The notes below the pieces were generated by a model that saw nothing but the letters and a program-made list of their open reading frames with translations, made no database searches and was not told the DNA's origin. The position numbers and the translations under genes are program-made. From NCBI GenBank assembly GCA_963781585.1, contig CAWAGQ010000013.1, forward strand, positions 448,001 to 512,000: DNA of 64,000 bases, read 5' to 3'. Shown here one piece after another: positions 16,207 to 25,208 of the stretch (positions within the stretch are counted from its first letter, which is position 1; the number at the start of each line of letters is the position of its first letter). Source of the DNA: an uncultured Gemmatimonadaceae bacterium. GTDB taxonomy: Bacteria; Gemmatimonadota; Gemmatimonadetes; Gemmatimonadales; Gemmatimonadaceae.

Positions 16207-19061
16207 GATGGCACCTCGTGCGCTAGCGCCAGCGGCGGCTGCTGGGCCGGTGATGGGCGGTCCTTGAGTCCCCGCAGAATCTTCTCCGGGGTGATCGGCA
16301 ACTCGGTCACGCGCACGCCGCACGCGTCGTACACGGCGTTGGCAATCGCGCCCAGCACCGGCAACAGTGAACCCTCCCCGATCTCCTTGGCACCGAACGG
16401 ACCGTGCGGCTCGTAGCTGTCCACCGCTGCGGTGCGAATGTCCGGAGTGTCGCAGATCGTCGGGATCAGGTAGTCATGCAGATTCGGGTTGGCGATCTCC
16501 CCGTTGGCCCCCACCACCGTGTCCTCGAACAGCGTTTCGCCGAGACCCATCACGATCGCACCCTCGACCTGTCCGTGGAACGTCACCGGGTTGATGACCG
16601 TGCCCGCGTCGCTGAAGTCGGTCACGCGGTCGACGGTCACGAAGCCGGTCTCGAGATCGACGGTCACCTCCGCCACCACCGTCGAGAAGGAGTACGCCGG
16701 CGAGGTCCCGACCGCGCTGCCCTTGAAATCCCCGCCCAGGCTCTGTGGCGGGCGGTACCATCCGGTGCCGACCACCGGTCCGGCGCGGCTGAACGCAAGC
16801 CGTGCCGCCGCGGCCCACTCGATGCCCATGGCCGGGTAGTCGCGCACGAAAATCCGCCCGGCGCGTGCGTCCAGTGCCCCGGCGTCGCACCCCAGTTCAC
16901 GCGCCGCCACCGCGAGCACTTGCTGCTTCACGCTCTGTGCGGCCATCCGGACCGCGTTGCCGCCCATCAACGTGAGGCGGCTCGAGTAGGCGCCCAGGTC
17001 GAGCGTGCTCGACACCGTGTCGCACTCCACCAGCCAGATCCACTCGTAAGGCACCCCCAGTTCCTCGGCGGCGATCTGCACCATCACCGTGTCCGACCCC
17101 TGGCCGATCTCGGCCGCCGCGATGTGAAGCGAGACGCCGGTGCCGTCTTCGTGCACCCGGATCATGGCGTTGGAGTGCGGAAAATCCGAGCGATAGATCG
17201 GATAGCCGGCACCGGAGACAAATCCTCCGCATCCCACGCCGATCCCCCTGCCACGCGCGAGCCGCCCTCGCTTCGTCCGCCACTCGGTTTCCTGGCGCGC
17301 GCGCCGCAGCGTCTGGCCGAACTCGCACGACGAAATGTCGAGCGCGTTGCAGGTGCGCGTGTTCGGTTCCATCGCGTTCTTCAGCCGCATCTCGATCGGA
17401 TCGATGCCGAGATCCTCGGCGATCATGTCGAGCAGCGACTCGAACGCGAAGCGTGGCTGCGGCGCCCCGTGGCCGCGGAACGCACCCGACGCAGGGAGAT
17501 TGGTGTAGACGCGCAGGCCGTCGTAGCGATAATGCGGAATCTTGTACAGGGTCGGGACCATCGAGCCGGCGTAGTACGCGGTGATCACGCCGAACGACGT
17601 GTACGCGCCGCCGTCGAGCACCACGCGCTGCTGTACCGCGGTGATGGTGCCATCCCGTTTCACGCCGATCCGCAGGTCGATGGTCTGCTTGTGACGCCCG
17701 CGGAAGTGCCGGAACATCTCCTCGCGCGAGTATTCCATCAGTACCGGCCGACCCGTCATCCTCGCCAGAATCGCCGCGCAGAAGTCCAGCGGCGTCGCCT
17801 CCGCCTTGGCGCCGAATCCACCGCCCACCGCCGGCCGGATCACGCGGATGTTCCCCATCGGGATGCCCAGCGTGCGGGACAACGACCGGTGCAGGTAGTG
17901 GGGTGTCTGCGTCGATGCCCAGATCGTGAGGCGTCCCGACGGATCCCATTGTGCCAGCGCCGCATGCGGCTCCATCGGCGTCTGGTACGGGCGATTGCCG
18001 ATGAATCGCTGCTCGCGGATGTGCTCGGCGGCAGCGAACCCTCGCTCGATGTCGCCGAAGTGCCACTCGACGCGCGTGTTGATGTTACCGGCATACCGGG
18101 GATTCTCGGGATGGATGAGCGGAGCGCCGGGCGCCATGGCCGATTCGGCGTCGAAGACGGCTGGAAGCGGCTCGTACTCCACCTCGATCAGCCGCAGCGC
18201 CCGCTCAGCCGTCTCCTCGTCGACCGCGGCCACCGCCGCCACCTCGTCGCCCACGTAACGCACCCGCTCCCTGGCGAGAATCTGCTCGTCCTCGCGCGCG
18301 GGGCTCACACCGTACCACGTATCGGGCACGTCGGCGCCGGTAATCACCGCGAGCACACCGGGTAGCGCACGCGCCTTCGAGACATCGATCCGCTTGAGAA
18401 GTCCGTGCGGAATCGGACTGCCAAGAATCTTCCCGTGAATCATCCCTGGCAGCCGGAGGTCAGCCGTGTACTTCGCGCGGCCGGTAACCTTGTCCGGCGC
18501 GTCGTACCGCGTGACTCCGTGACCGACGATCGAGTGGTCGCGTTCCTGATCGCGCTCTCCGCGCCCGTGCGGCCGCGCATCCAGCGGAACGTCGCGATAC
18601 TCCTTCCACCCCTCCACCGCGCTGAGCACGCGCGGATACGTCGCACAGCGACAGAGGTTGCCACTGAGCGCCTCGCGAATCTCCCCAGTCGAGGGATCCG
18701 GATTGCTGTCGACGAGGGCTTTCGCCGCCATCAGCATGCCCGGTGTGCAATAGCCGCACTGCAGCGCCCCGTGCTTCACGAACGCCTTCTGCAGCGGATG
18801 CAACTCGCCGCCCCGTGCCATCCCTTCAATCGTCGTGATCGACCTTCCCGACGCCGCGGCAGCCGGTACCAGGCACGAGGTGACGGGCGCACCATCCATC
18901 AGCACGGTACAGGCACCGCAATCGCCGGTGCCGCACGCCTTCTTGGTCCCCGTGAGGTCGAGCAAGTCGCGCAACACCGCCAGCAGGGTGGTGTCCGGCT
19001 TCACGGCAAGCGCGTGCTCCTCGCCGTTCACCGTTAGGCGGACGAGCATCTCGTCGCTCAT
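16203..19061 (-). CDS. hcrC-hcrA: 4-hydroxybenzoyl-CoA reductase-like molybdoenzyme, fused [2Fe-2S] (gamma) and Mo-cofactor (alpha) subunits
   Basis: N-terminal 'CGTGDCGACT', 'QCGYCTPG', 'CRC'; then 'GGGFGAKAE', 'AFRGHG', 'GPFGAKEIGEG' (RGHG and KE as in HcrA); inside the bcr operon. Confidence 0.75.
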   Translation of the reverse strand: MSDEMLVRLTVNGEEHALAVKPDTTLLAVLRDLLDLTGTKKACGTGDCGACTVLMDGAPVTSCLVPAAAASGRSITTIEGMARGGELHPLQKAFVKHGALQCGYCTPGMLMAAKALVDSNPDPSTGEIREALSGNLCRCATYPRVLSAVEGWKEYRDVPLDARPHGRGERDQERDHSIVGHGVTRYDAPDKVTGRAKYTADLRLPGMIHGKILGSPIPHGLLKRIDVSKARALPGVLAVITGADVPDTWYGVSPAREDEQILARERVRYVGDEVAAVAAVDEETAERALRLIEVEYEPLPAVFDAESAMAPGAPLIHPENPRYAGNINTRVEWHFGDIERGFAAAEHIREQRFIGNRPYQTPMEPHAALAQWDPSGRLTIWASTQTPHYLHRSLSRTLGIPMGNIRVIRPAVGGGFGAKAEATPLDFCAAILARMTGRPVLMEYSREEMFRHFRGRHKQTIDLRIGVKRDGTITAVQQRVVLDGGAYTSFGVITAYYAGSMVPTLYKIPHYRYDGLRVYTNLPASGAFRGHGAPQPRFAFESLLDMIAEDLGIDPIEMRLKNAMEPNTRTCNALDISSCEFGQTLRRARQETEWRTKRGRLARGRGIGVGCGGFVSGAGYPIYRSDFPHSNAMIRVHEDGTGVSLHIAAAEIGQGSDTVMVQIAAEELGVPYEWIWLVECDTVSSTLDLGAYSSRLTLMGGNAVRMAAQSVKQQVLAVAARELGCDAGALDARAGRIFVRDYPAMGIEWAAAARLAFSRAGPVVGTGWYRPPQSLGGDFKGSAVGTSPAYSFSTVVAEVTVDLETGFVTVDRVTDFSDAGTVINPVTFHGQVEGAIVMGLGETLFEDTVVGANGEIANPNLHDYLIPTICDTPDIRTAAVDSYEPHGPFGAKEIGEGSLLPVLGAIANAVYDACGVRVTELPITPEKILRGLKDRPSPAQQPPLALAHEVPS

Positions 19062-19936
19062 CGCTGCGTCTCGCGTGCCCGCGCGACCGCCTGGGCGAGC
19101 GCACGACGGGTGAGCACATTCACCAGCTCGCGACGGAAACCGGCCGATCCCCGGATATCGGTCACCGGCAACGCCTCCTCGGCGCATAGCGCGCCCGCGA
19201 GCGCAAACAGCTCGTCCGAGACGGACTCCCCCTCCAGGACCTTCATCGCGCGCACCGCCAGGAGGGGCACCGGCGCCGCCGCACCTAACGCTATCCGGGC
19301 GCCCGAGATGCTCGCGCCGTCCAGCACCACGCGCGCCGCGACCGCCGCGACCGCAAGCGCTGCGCCGCGCCGGCGGGCGAAGCGCTGGTAACTCGCCCCC
19401 GAACGCGCCGGTTGCGCGGGAACGATTACCTCCACGAGCACTTCACCAGGACCGAGCACCGTGCGACGTGGACCGATGAAGAAGTGCTCGGCGTCGATCT
19501 CGCGCCCACCATCGGGGCTCATCGTCCGGACGCGCGCCTCGCCGACGATCGCCACGGGGGGCGTGTCCGCGCACGGCACGGCCCGGCAGAAATTCCCGCC
19601 GATCGTCGCCAGGCTCCGGATCTGCGGGCTGCCGAGCACGCGCGCCGCTTCGGCCAGCGCCGGAAACCAGGAGCCAACAAGCGGCGACCTCGCCACCTCG
19701 GCGATGGACGTCAGGGCGCCGATGCGGAGCAGCCCGTCCGCCGCGCGAATGCCGCGCAACTCGGCGACGCCGTCGAGCGCGATCAGGTGCCGGGCCGACT
19801 CCCGCTCTCTATGGTAGTCCGGCAACAGTTCGGTCCCGCCGGCCAGGAATGCGCCATCGGGTCCCAAACGCCGACCGAGCGCGCAGGCTTCGGCCAGGCT
19901 GTTGGGGCGATAATAGGCGAGCGCCCCGTTGCTCAT
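19058..19936 (-). CDS. hcrB: FAD-binding subunit of xanthine oxidase-family enzyme (HcrB/HbaD-like, no [4Fe-4S] insert)
   Basis: 'LAGGTEL', 'QIRSLATIGGN', 'DIRGSA.FR'; ATG 19936 overlaps the GNAT stop. Confidence 0.72.
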   Translation of the reverse strand: MSNGALAYYRPNSLAEACALGRRLGPDGAFLAGGTELLPDYHRERESARHLIALDGVAELRGIRAADGLLRIGALTSIAEVARSPLVGSWFPALAEAARVLGSPQIRSLATIGGNFCRAVPCADTPPVAIVGEARVRTMSPDGGREIDAEHFFIGPRRTVLGPGEVLVEVIVPAQPARSGASYQRFARRRGAALAVAAVAARVVLDGASISGARIALGAAAPVPLLAVRAMKVLEGESVSDELFALAGALCAEEALPVTDIRGSAGFRRELVNVLTRRALAQAVARARETQR

Positions 19937-20418
19937 TCCGTCGCCCTCCACTGGGTCCGCACCGGCATTTCGAGCACCAGCCGCGGAACCGGCGCGAAGC
20001 CGGACCGGGCGAAGAACCCCATCAGCTCGAGCTCGTCCCAGGCCACCTCCGTGCGCAGTCGCTCAATGCGCAGCGCGACGAGGTTGAGCATGAGCTGCTC
20101 GAGCAATGCCGCGCCGATGCCACGCCGCACGAACGAGCGATCGACCAGCACCGTGTCGAGGATCGCCACCGGTTCCGGCTGGCCGAACTCGCCGTAGTGC
20201 ACCGATGCGAGCAGCGCGCCAACGAGCGTGCCGTCCACCTCGGCGCCCAGCGATATGTTCACGTCGGTATCATCGAGGGCCCGCCGGACCTTCCCCTGGT
20301 ACCAGGTCTGACGGCTCCGGCCGCTGATCTCGAGGTCCATCTTCACGAGACGCGGGCAGTCCTCGAGCCGGAGCGTCCGGATCGAGGGTTCGGCGCCTAG
20401 TTCGACGATGCGGTCCAT
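19933..20418 (-). CDS. GNAT acetyltransferase, BadL-like single domain
   Basis: 'YGEFG', 'RRGIGAALL', 'LRTEVAW', 'FFARSGF'; lies between bcrD and the hcr genes. Confidence 0.75.
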   Translation of the reverse strand: MDRIVELGAEPSIRTLRLEDCPRLVKMDLEISGRSRQTWYQGKVRRALDDTDVNISLGAEVDGTLVGALLASVHYGEFGQPEPVAILDTVLVDRSFVRRGIGAALLEQLMLNLVALRIERLRTEVAWDELELMGFFARSGFAPVPRLVLEMPVRTQWRATE

Positions 20419-21248
20419 GCCACGCTTCCCTGTCCGAGCTTTCGATAGCGGAACCCGCCCCACAACGCCGCGCCCAATGCGCCGGCGAAGATCGCCATTT
20501 CGTGCGTGACAACCTCGCGGGTCGCGGTCGGTCCCGGCTTCTTCTCCAGTGCATCGCGCAGCGCCTGGATCATCCCGATATCCGACGCCAGCCCGCCGCT
20601 CACGAACACCGCACCGTCGCCCGGCAGCGATCGCAGCAGGCGCGCGAACCGGTCGGCCATGCTCTCGTGCACGCCGCGCAGGATGTCGGCGGTCGTGATG
20701 CCGCGCGACACCATGTTGATCACGTCCGTCTCGGCCAGCACGGCGCAGATCGAGCTGACCTTCTCCGGACGCTGCGCCTGCAGCGACAGTTCCCCGATCT
20801 CGTCGTGCGAGACGCCGAGGTAGCGGGCGATGTTCTCGAGGAACTGTCCCGATCCTGACGCGCACTGGCTGGTCATCTTGTAGTCCAGCACGCGGCCGCG
20901 GTCGTCCATCGCGACCGCCCGCGTGTGCAGCGCGCCCACATCGAGGACCGCGCGGGCCCGGACGTCGAGATAGAGGGCGCCGCGGGCGTGCGTCGTCATG
21001 CCGTAGAAGTGACCCGTGGCGTACGGGAAGTCGCCCCCCTCGCCGGTAGTGGCGATGTAGTGGATTTCGTCGACGCCGGATCCTTCCACGACCTCCCGGA
21101 ACACTTCGTCGACCACCTTCGCCACCTCGCGACGGCGGAGCCGCGCCGCGCCGTGCGCCAGCAGCGTCTCTTCGCCGGCACCGTCAGTGCGCATCAGGGC
21201 AGCCTTCACCGCGCCGCTGCCGACGTCGAGTCCGGCCGTGATGTGCAT
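20397..21248 (-). CDS. bcrD: Benzoyl-CoA reductase subunit D
   Basis: 'ATTGEG', 'GHFYGMTTHARGA', 'MTSQCASGSGQFLENIARYL', 'SSICAVLAETDVIN'. Confidence 0.93.
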   Translation of the reverse strand: MHITAGLDVGSGAVKAALMRTDGAGEETLLAHGAARLRRREVAKVVDEVFREVVEGSGVDEIHYIATTGEGGDFPYATGHFYGMTTHARGALYLDVRARAVLDVGALHTRAVAMDDRGRVLDYKMTSQCASGSGQFLENIARYLGVSHDEIGELSLQAQRPEKVSSICAVLAETDVINMVSRGITTADILRGVHESMADRFARLLRSLPGDGAVFVSGGLASDIGMIQALRDALEKKPGPTATREVVTHEMAIFAGALGAALWGGFRYRKLGQGSVAWTASSN

Positions 21249-22516
21249 CAGCTCACCATCCGGCTCGCGAACAGCGCCGCGCCCAGCGCACCGGTATAGA
21301 TGCTGTCGGGCGAGATGTTGAGCGTCCGTTCGCCATAGTTTTCCCGCACCAGATCGTGGATCGCGCGCACCGCGGCGGGATTCTTCGCCACGCCGCCGGT
21401 GAACGTGAATTCGTCGAACACGCCGCCCGAGCGCGCCAGCAGGCTCATGGCCCGGATCACGATCGCCCGGTGCAGGCCGGCCAGGATGTCCTCGCGGCGC
21501 TCACCTAACGACAGTCGCTCGCGCAGCTCGGCGCCGGCGAACACCGTGCAGGTGGAGTTGATCTTGACCCGCCGCTTCGCCTGCTCGGCCAGCGGACCCA
21601 GCTCGTGCAGGCCGAGGTTCATCTCGTCGGCGATGTACCCCAGATAGCGGCCGCACCCCGCGGCGCAGCGGTCGTTCATCTGGAAGCTGGTAACGATGCC
21701 CTGGCCGTCCACCTGGATCGCCTTGGTGTCCTGCCCGCCGATGTCCAGCACGGTCCGCGTGGCCGGGAACATCGCGTGCGCGCCCAGTCCATGGCACAGG
21801 ATCTCGGAGCGGATCTGCTCCTTGGGGAAGGGCAGCCGCGCGCGGCCGTATCCGGTTCCCACCGTCGCCGCCGGCGTGAGGTCCATGGTCGCCGCGAATT
21901 CCACCGCCTCCGCCAGCGCCGGCCGATCGACCCGCTTGAGGGCCGATCCGATATGGTCGCGGAAGTCCAGCTCGAGCGGTTCATTCTCCACGCGGATGAT
22001 GCACTTGTCGTAGGCGCCGACCAGCCGCTCGTGGCTGGCCCCACCCGGGTCCGCCAGCTGCTCGGCGAAACGCATGAACGCCGAGCCCGCGGCGTCGCGG
22101 AAGAAGTCCGAGCGCAGCATCGGTGGCTGCCTGAAACGCGCCTCCTCCTCGCTCGCGATCCGCCGGCAGATCTCGGAGAGCGTCGCCGACAGGGGCGCCT
22201 TCAACGCCGCCGGTGCGGACTTCTCGACCTCGTCCAGCATCAGCTGATCGAGCCGGCGAAGCTGATGGAGCATCTGCTCCAGTACGAACGCCCGCCGCAG
22301 CCGACTGACCGCCGCCGCCGCGCGGTCGTCGCCCGCGCGTTGCTCCACCAGCGCGAACCGGGCGTTGATGAACGCCTCGGTCTTGGCGACTGCGGCCGCG
22401 AGGTCGTAGTTCGATCGTGAGTTGGTGATGCCACGCCCCAGCACCTGGCGGTGCTCGTCGAGAATGAGCGCCTTGGTGGTGGTGGAGCCGAGGTCGATTC
22501 CGACGACGCAGCTCAT
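21248..22516 (-). CDS. bcrA: Benzoyl-CoA reductase subunit A
   Basis: 'GIDLGSTTTKA', 'GITNSRSNYD', 'SEILCHGLGAH', 'MNDRCAAGCGRYLGYIADE'. Confidence 0.93.
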   Translation of the reverse strand: MSCVVGIDLGSTTTKALILDEHRQVLGRGITNSRSNYDLAAAVAKTEAFINARFALVEQRAGDDRAAAAVSRLRRAFVLEQMLHQLRRLDQLMLDEVEKSAPAALKAPLSATLSEICRRIASEEEARFRQPPMLRSDFFRDAAGSAFMRFAEQLADPGGASHERLVGAYDKCIIRVENEPLELDFRDHIGSALKRVDRPALAEAVEFAATMDLTPAATVGTGYGRARLPFPKEQIRSEILCHGLGAHAMFPATRTVLDIGGQDTKAIQVDGQGIVTSFQMNDRCAAGCGRYLGYIADEMNLGLHELGPLAEQAKRRVKINSTCTVFAGAELRERLSLGERREDILAGLHRAIVIRAMSLLARSGGVFDEFTFTGGVAKNPAAVRAIHDLVRENYGERTLNISPDSIYTGALGAALFASRMVS

Positions 22517-23787
22517 GCGGTCTTCCCCAGACGACGCGCGTCGATCATCTGGAAGTAGCTCTCGAGACGGTTCTTGATGTTCGCCGCCGAGAAGTAGCGC
22601 GGATCCACCAGGTCCGACTCGATGAACGCCCCCGGTATTCCGGTCCGCTTCTCGACTTCCCGCAGGATCACGAGCTGCCCCGCGGAGAACGAATTGCACG
22701 ACTTCACCGAATTGATCAGGAATCCGTCAGCGTCGTACTCGCGCACGTAGTTCGAGAGCATGTCGATTCGCGACGGCAGGTTGAGGTTCGTGTAGCAGCC
22801 GCTGCAGTAGTCAGCCAGCGTGCCGAGCGGATCGGCGGCATTGTGGCGGAATCCGAAATCGTAGGTCCCGCCCACCTTCGTATAGGTGGAGGCGACCACC
22901 ACCGCAGCTTCGTCGGTGAACATCTTCCAGAAGTCGCGGAAGTGGGTCCAGTTGGGCGGTCCCTCGACCACCAGCCGATACCGCTGGTCGTTGAGCGGCC
23001 CGTCGGGAGTGACCGGTCCCAGTCCCGATGCCACACGCGCGTCGATCTCCTCTCGCAGCGCGCGATAGTACTCGACGCCTTCCGGCGTTCCGCGAAAGGC
23101 ACTGAAGATCGGCCCGACGTAGTACACGGTGCCGAAGTACCCATCGATCGGACTCGGCTTGTGCTTCGCCGACTGCAGCACCGCAACGAGGTCGTCCTCC
23201 GCCTGTGCGGCGAGCGACAGTCCCGCCCGGAGCTTGTCCTCATCGTACCTGCGGCCGGTGGCGCGCTCGAGTGCGGGGATCACCTGCTCGCGAAGCTGCC
23301 GCAGCATGTACTCGCGGTGCTCGGGCTCGAGCTTGCCGTCGCCCTGATAGGGCACGTGGAAGAACACCGCCGGACAGTCGTACTCCTGGCGCAACAGCTC
23401 GAACCACTTCATGAACGTGTAGCAGCCGGTGTACGACAGCAGAAGCAGATCGGGCTTGGGCAGCCTCGTGCCCGCCGGACTGATGTTGCCCGATTTCAGC
23501 ATGCCGATGTCGCACTTCACATAGGTGCACACGTCCTCCGAGTGCCCGGCGCGCTCGGCCTCGGCGATGTAGTCGCCCGAGAGCTTCCGCATCCCCGACT
23601 GCAGCGCGTTGATCTCGGGCAGCACGGGGAGTGCGCCGAACGAGCGAATCAGCTCGGTGAGATTGCCCGGTACGAACGTGTAGACCACCGGCTGGCCCGT
23701 CTCCGGCGCCTGTTCCAGCTCGGCGAAGTGGCGGGCGATCATCTCCTTCTGGAGCACCATCGAGCGGTCCTTCTGGGCCACGGTCAT
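22513..23787 (-). CDS. bcrB: Benzoyl-CoA reductase subunit B
   Basis: 'TFVPGNL.EL', 'HSEDVCTYVK.DIG', 'YTGC', 'KSCNSFSAGQ', 'DLVDPRYFS'. Confidence 0.93.
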   Translation of the reverse strand: MTVAQKDRSMVLQKEMIARHFAELEQAPETGQPVVYTFVPGNLTELIRSFGALPVLPEINALQSGMRKLSGDYIAEAERAGHSEDVCTYVKCDIGMLKSGNISPAGTRLPKPDLLLLSYTGCYTFMKWFELLRQEYDCPAVFFHVPYQGDGKLEPEHREYMLRQLREQVIPALERATGRRYDEDKLRAGLSLAAQAEDDLVAVLQSAKHKPSPIDGYFGTVYYVGPIFSAFRGTPEGVEYYRALREEIDARVASGLGPVTPDGPLNDQRYRLVVEGPPNWTHFRDFWKMFTDEAAVVVASTYTKVGGTYDFGFRHNAADPLGTLADYCSGCYTNLNLPSRIDMLSNYVREYDADGFLINSVKSCNSFSAGQLVILREVEKRTGIPGAFIESDLVDPRYFSAANIKNRLESYFQMIDARRLGKTA

Positions 23788-24954
23788 CAGGCGGTCCCCC
23801 AGAGTTTTATGGAATCGGAGAAGGTCCCCGCCTGTTCGCGGAATTGCTGGAATTGCCCGGTGTTCTCCGCGTACTTGAAGGCGATGCACGGGATGCCGGA
23901 CTGCTCCGCGCCGGCGCGCAGCATCGGCTGGTCGAGCAACGACGGATCGCAGAAGCTCGGCGCCGCGAAGATGATGCCGTCGGCCCGGGCCGCATCGACC
24001 CGTTCTTTCATCAGGCGTTTCTTGCCGCCTGCGTCGCCTTCATACAGGATCGAGGTCCGCAGCTCCGTATGTACGAACGACTCGGCCAGCGCGCGCACCG
24101 GGTCGTCGTCCAGGGCCACCGGGCGGGTGAGAAACCGATTCCCCAGCATGAAGTCGTCGTCGACGATGTAGCACCCGGCGCGTTCGATCGACATGATGAG
24201 ACCGAGCGGAGGCTGCTCGCAGAACGCCCCCGCAATCACTACCCGGCTGTTGTCGCGCGGGCGGCGCGGATCCGCTTCCACCGCGGTCAGAAAGCGACGC
24301 GCCATCGCCAGGAACTCGTCAGGCGGCACGACCTCGCCGGCCCGAAGCAACAGGTACAATTCCTCGGTCGACACATCCCAGGGACGATCCCGCCGCACGC
24401 GGTACAACGCGCGTATCATCTCCCGCATCTCGTTGTAGACCGCGATCGAACGGCGGAGGTCGTCGTCCGACGCGGGCTGACCGGCCACCCGCTCGAAGAT
24501 CCTGCCGCAGCCGCCGCAGCTCGCTCTCCCAGAAGTCGGCTGCCGCCGCGGGATCGGGCACCTGTGGTACGTCGAGGTAGCGCACGTACAGATCGGGGTA
24601 GAGCAACTTCCAGATCCCCGACAGATTGCGGATGACGTCGCAGGTGGAAGGGAAGAGGACCGCCGAGAGCATGTCGAGTCGACCCGACTGCGCCAGCTCG
24701 ATCACCGACCGCGGCAGGTGACAGATATACGATTGATAGAAGGCGTCCCCGCGGATGATCTCGAGGCGGTCGCCGCCGCCGTGAATCCCCACCGGGAGAA
24801 ACCCGCAGGCGTGCAGGATCTCGCGCGGCGCGTAGACGGGGAGGTAGCCACCCGCCTTGCGACCGGGATGCTCGCCCAGCCACCGCCTGACCGCGGTGAA
24901 ATCCAGGTCCTCGTACAGATCCCGCGCCCAATCGACGATCTCAGCGCGCGTCAC
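23787..24954 (-). CDS. bcrC: Benzoyl-CoA reductase subunit C, split by a +1 frameshift at ~24496 (probable sequence error)
   Basis: N-part 'GDAFYQSYICHLPRS', 'FPSTCDVIRNL'; C-part 'FCEQPP', 'SFCDP', 'KYAENTGQFQ'. Removing one A at 24496-24497 gives ...RQDLERVAGQ... and a 388-aa ORF from GTG 24954 (GGAGG RBS). Confidence 0.88.
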
Positions 24955-25068
24955 CGTCGCCTCCAGGCTGGCTGGGGCCGGCCGGCGTCCCGATGCGTCA
25001 GGAGCCAGCCAGAAGAACTCGAGATGGTGCGATCTTCGGTATTTGTACGGCTTCCCGTGAGTCAAAAC

Positions 25069-25082
25069 CGAACGAACGTTCC
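25069..25082. promoter_or_regulatory. Putative TetR (PaaR-type) operator 1, CGAACGAACGTTCC
   Basis: One mismatch to CNAACGNNCGTTNG; immediately downstream of the predicted bcr promoter. Confidence 0.6.
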
Positions 25083-25091
25083 ATAGGCGCT

Positions 25092-25119
25092 AGCATAGAA
25101 CTGCATCCTCCTGCGTCAA
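25092..25119 (-). promoter_or_regulatory. Sigma70-type promoter of the bcr operon (TTGACG-N16-TATGCT)
   Basis: -35 at 25119-25114, -10 at 25097-25092 on the minus strand, in a relatively AT-rich intergenic region. Confidence 0.6.
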
Positions 25120-25170
25120 GAGGGAGGAAGCTGACACGTGGAATTCCGCCGACTGCGGACGCGAATTTTG

Positions 25171-25184
25171 CGATCGAACGTTCG
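25171..25184. promoter_or_regulatory. Putative TetR operator 2, CGATCGAACGTTCG
   Basis: One mismatch to CNAACGNNCGTTNG; flanked by imperfect inverted AATTT..AAATT; 24 nt before the GTG at 25209. Confidence 0.6.
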
Positions 25185-25208
25185 GCAAATTCCTGAAGGG
25201 GCCAAACC

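Noticed and set aside
24319..25065. Two separate genes, or programmed frameshifting, at bcrC
   Set aside because: One extra base explains the split; no slippery sequence is evident and similar +1 events occur elsewhere.
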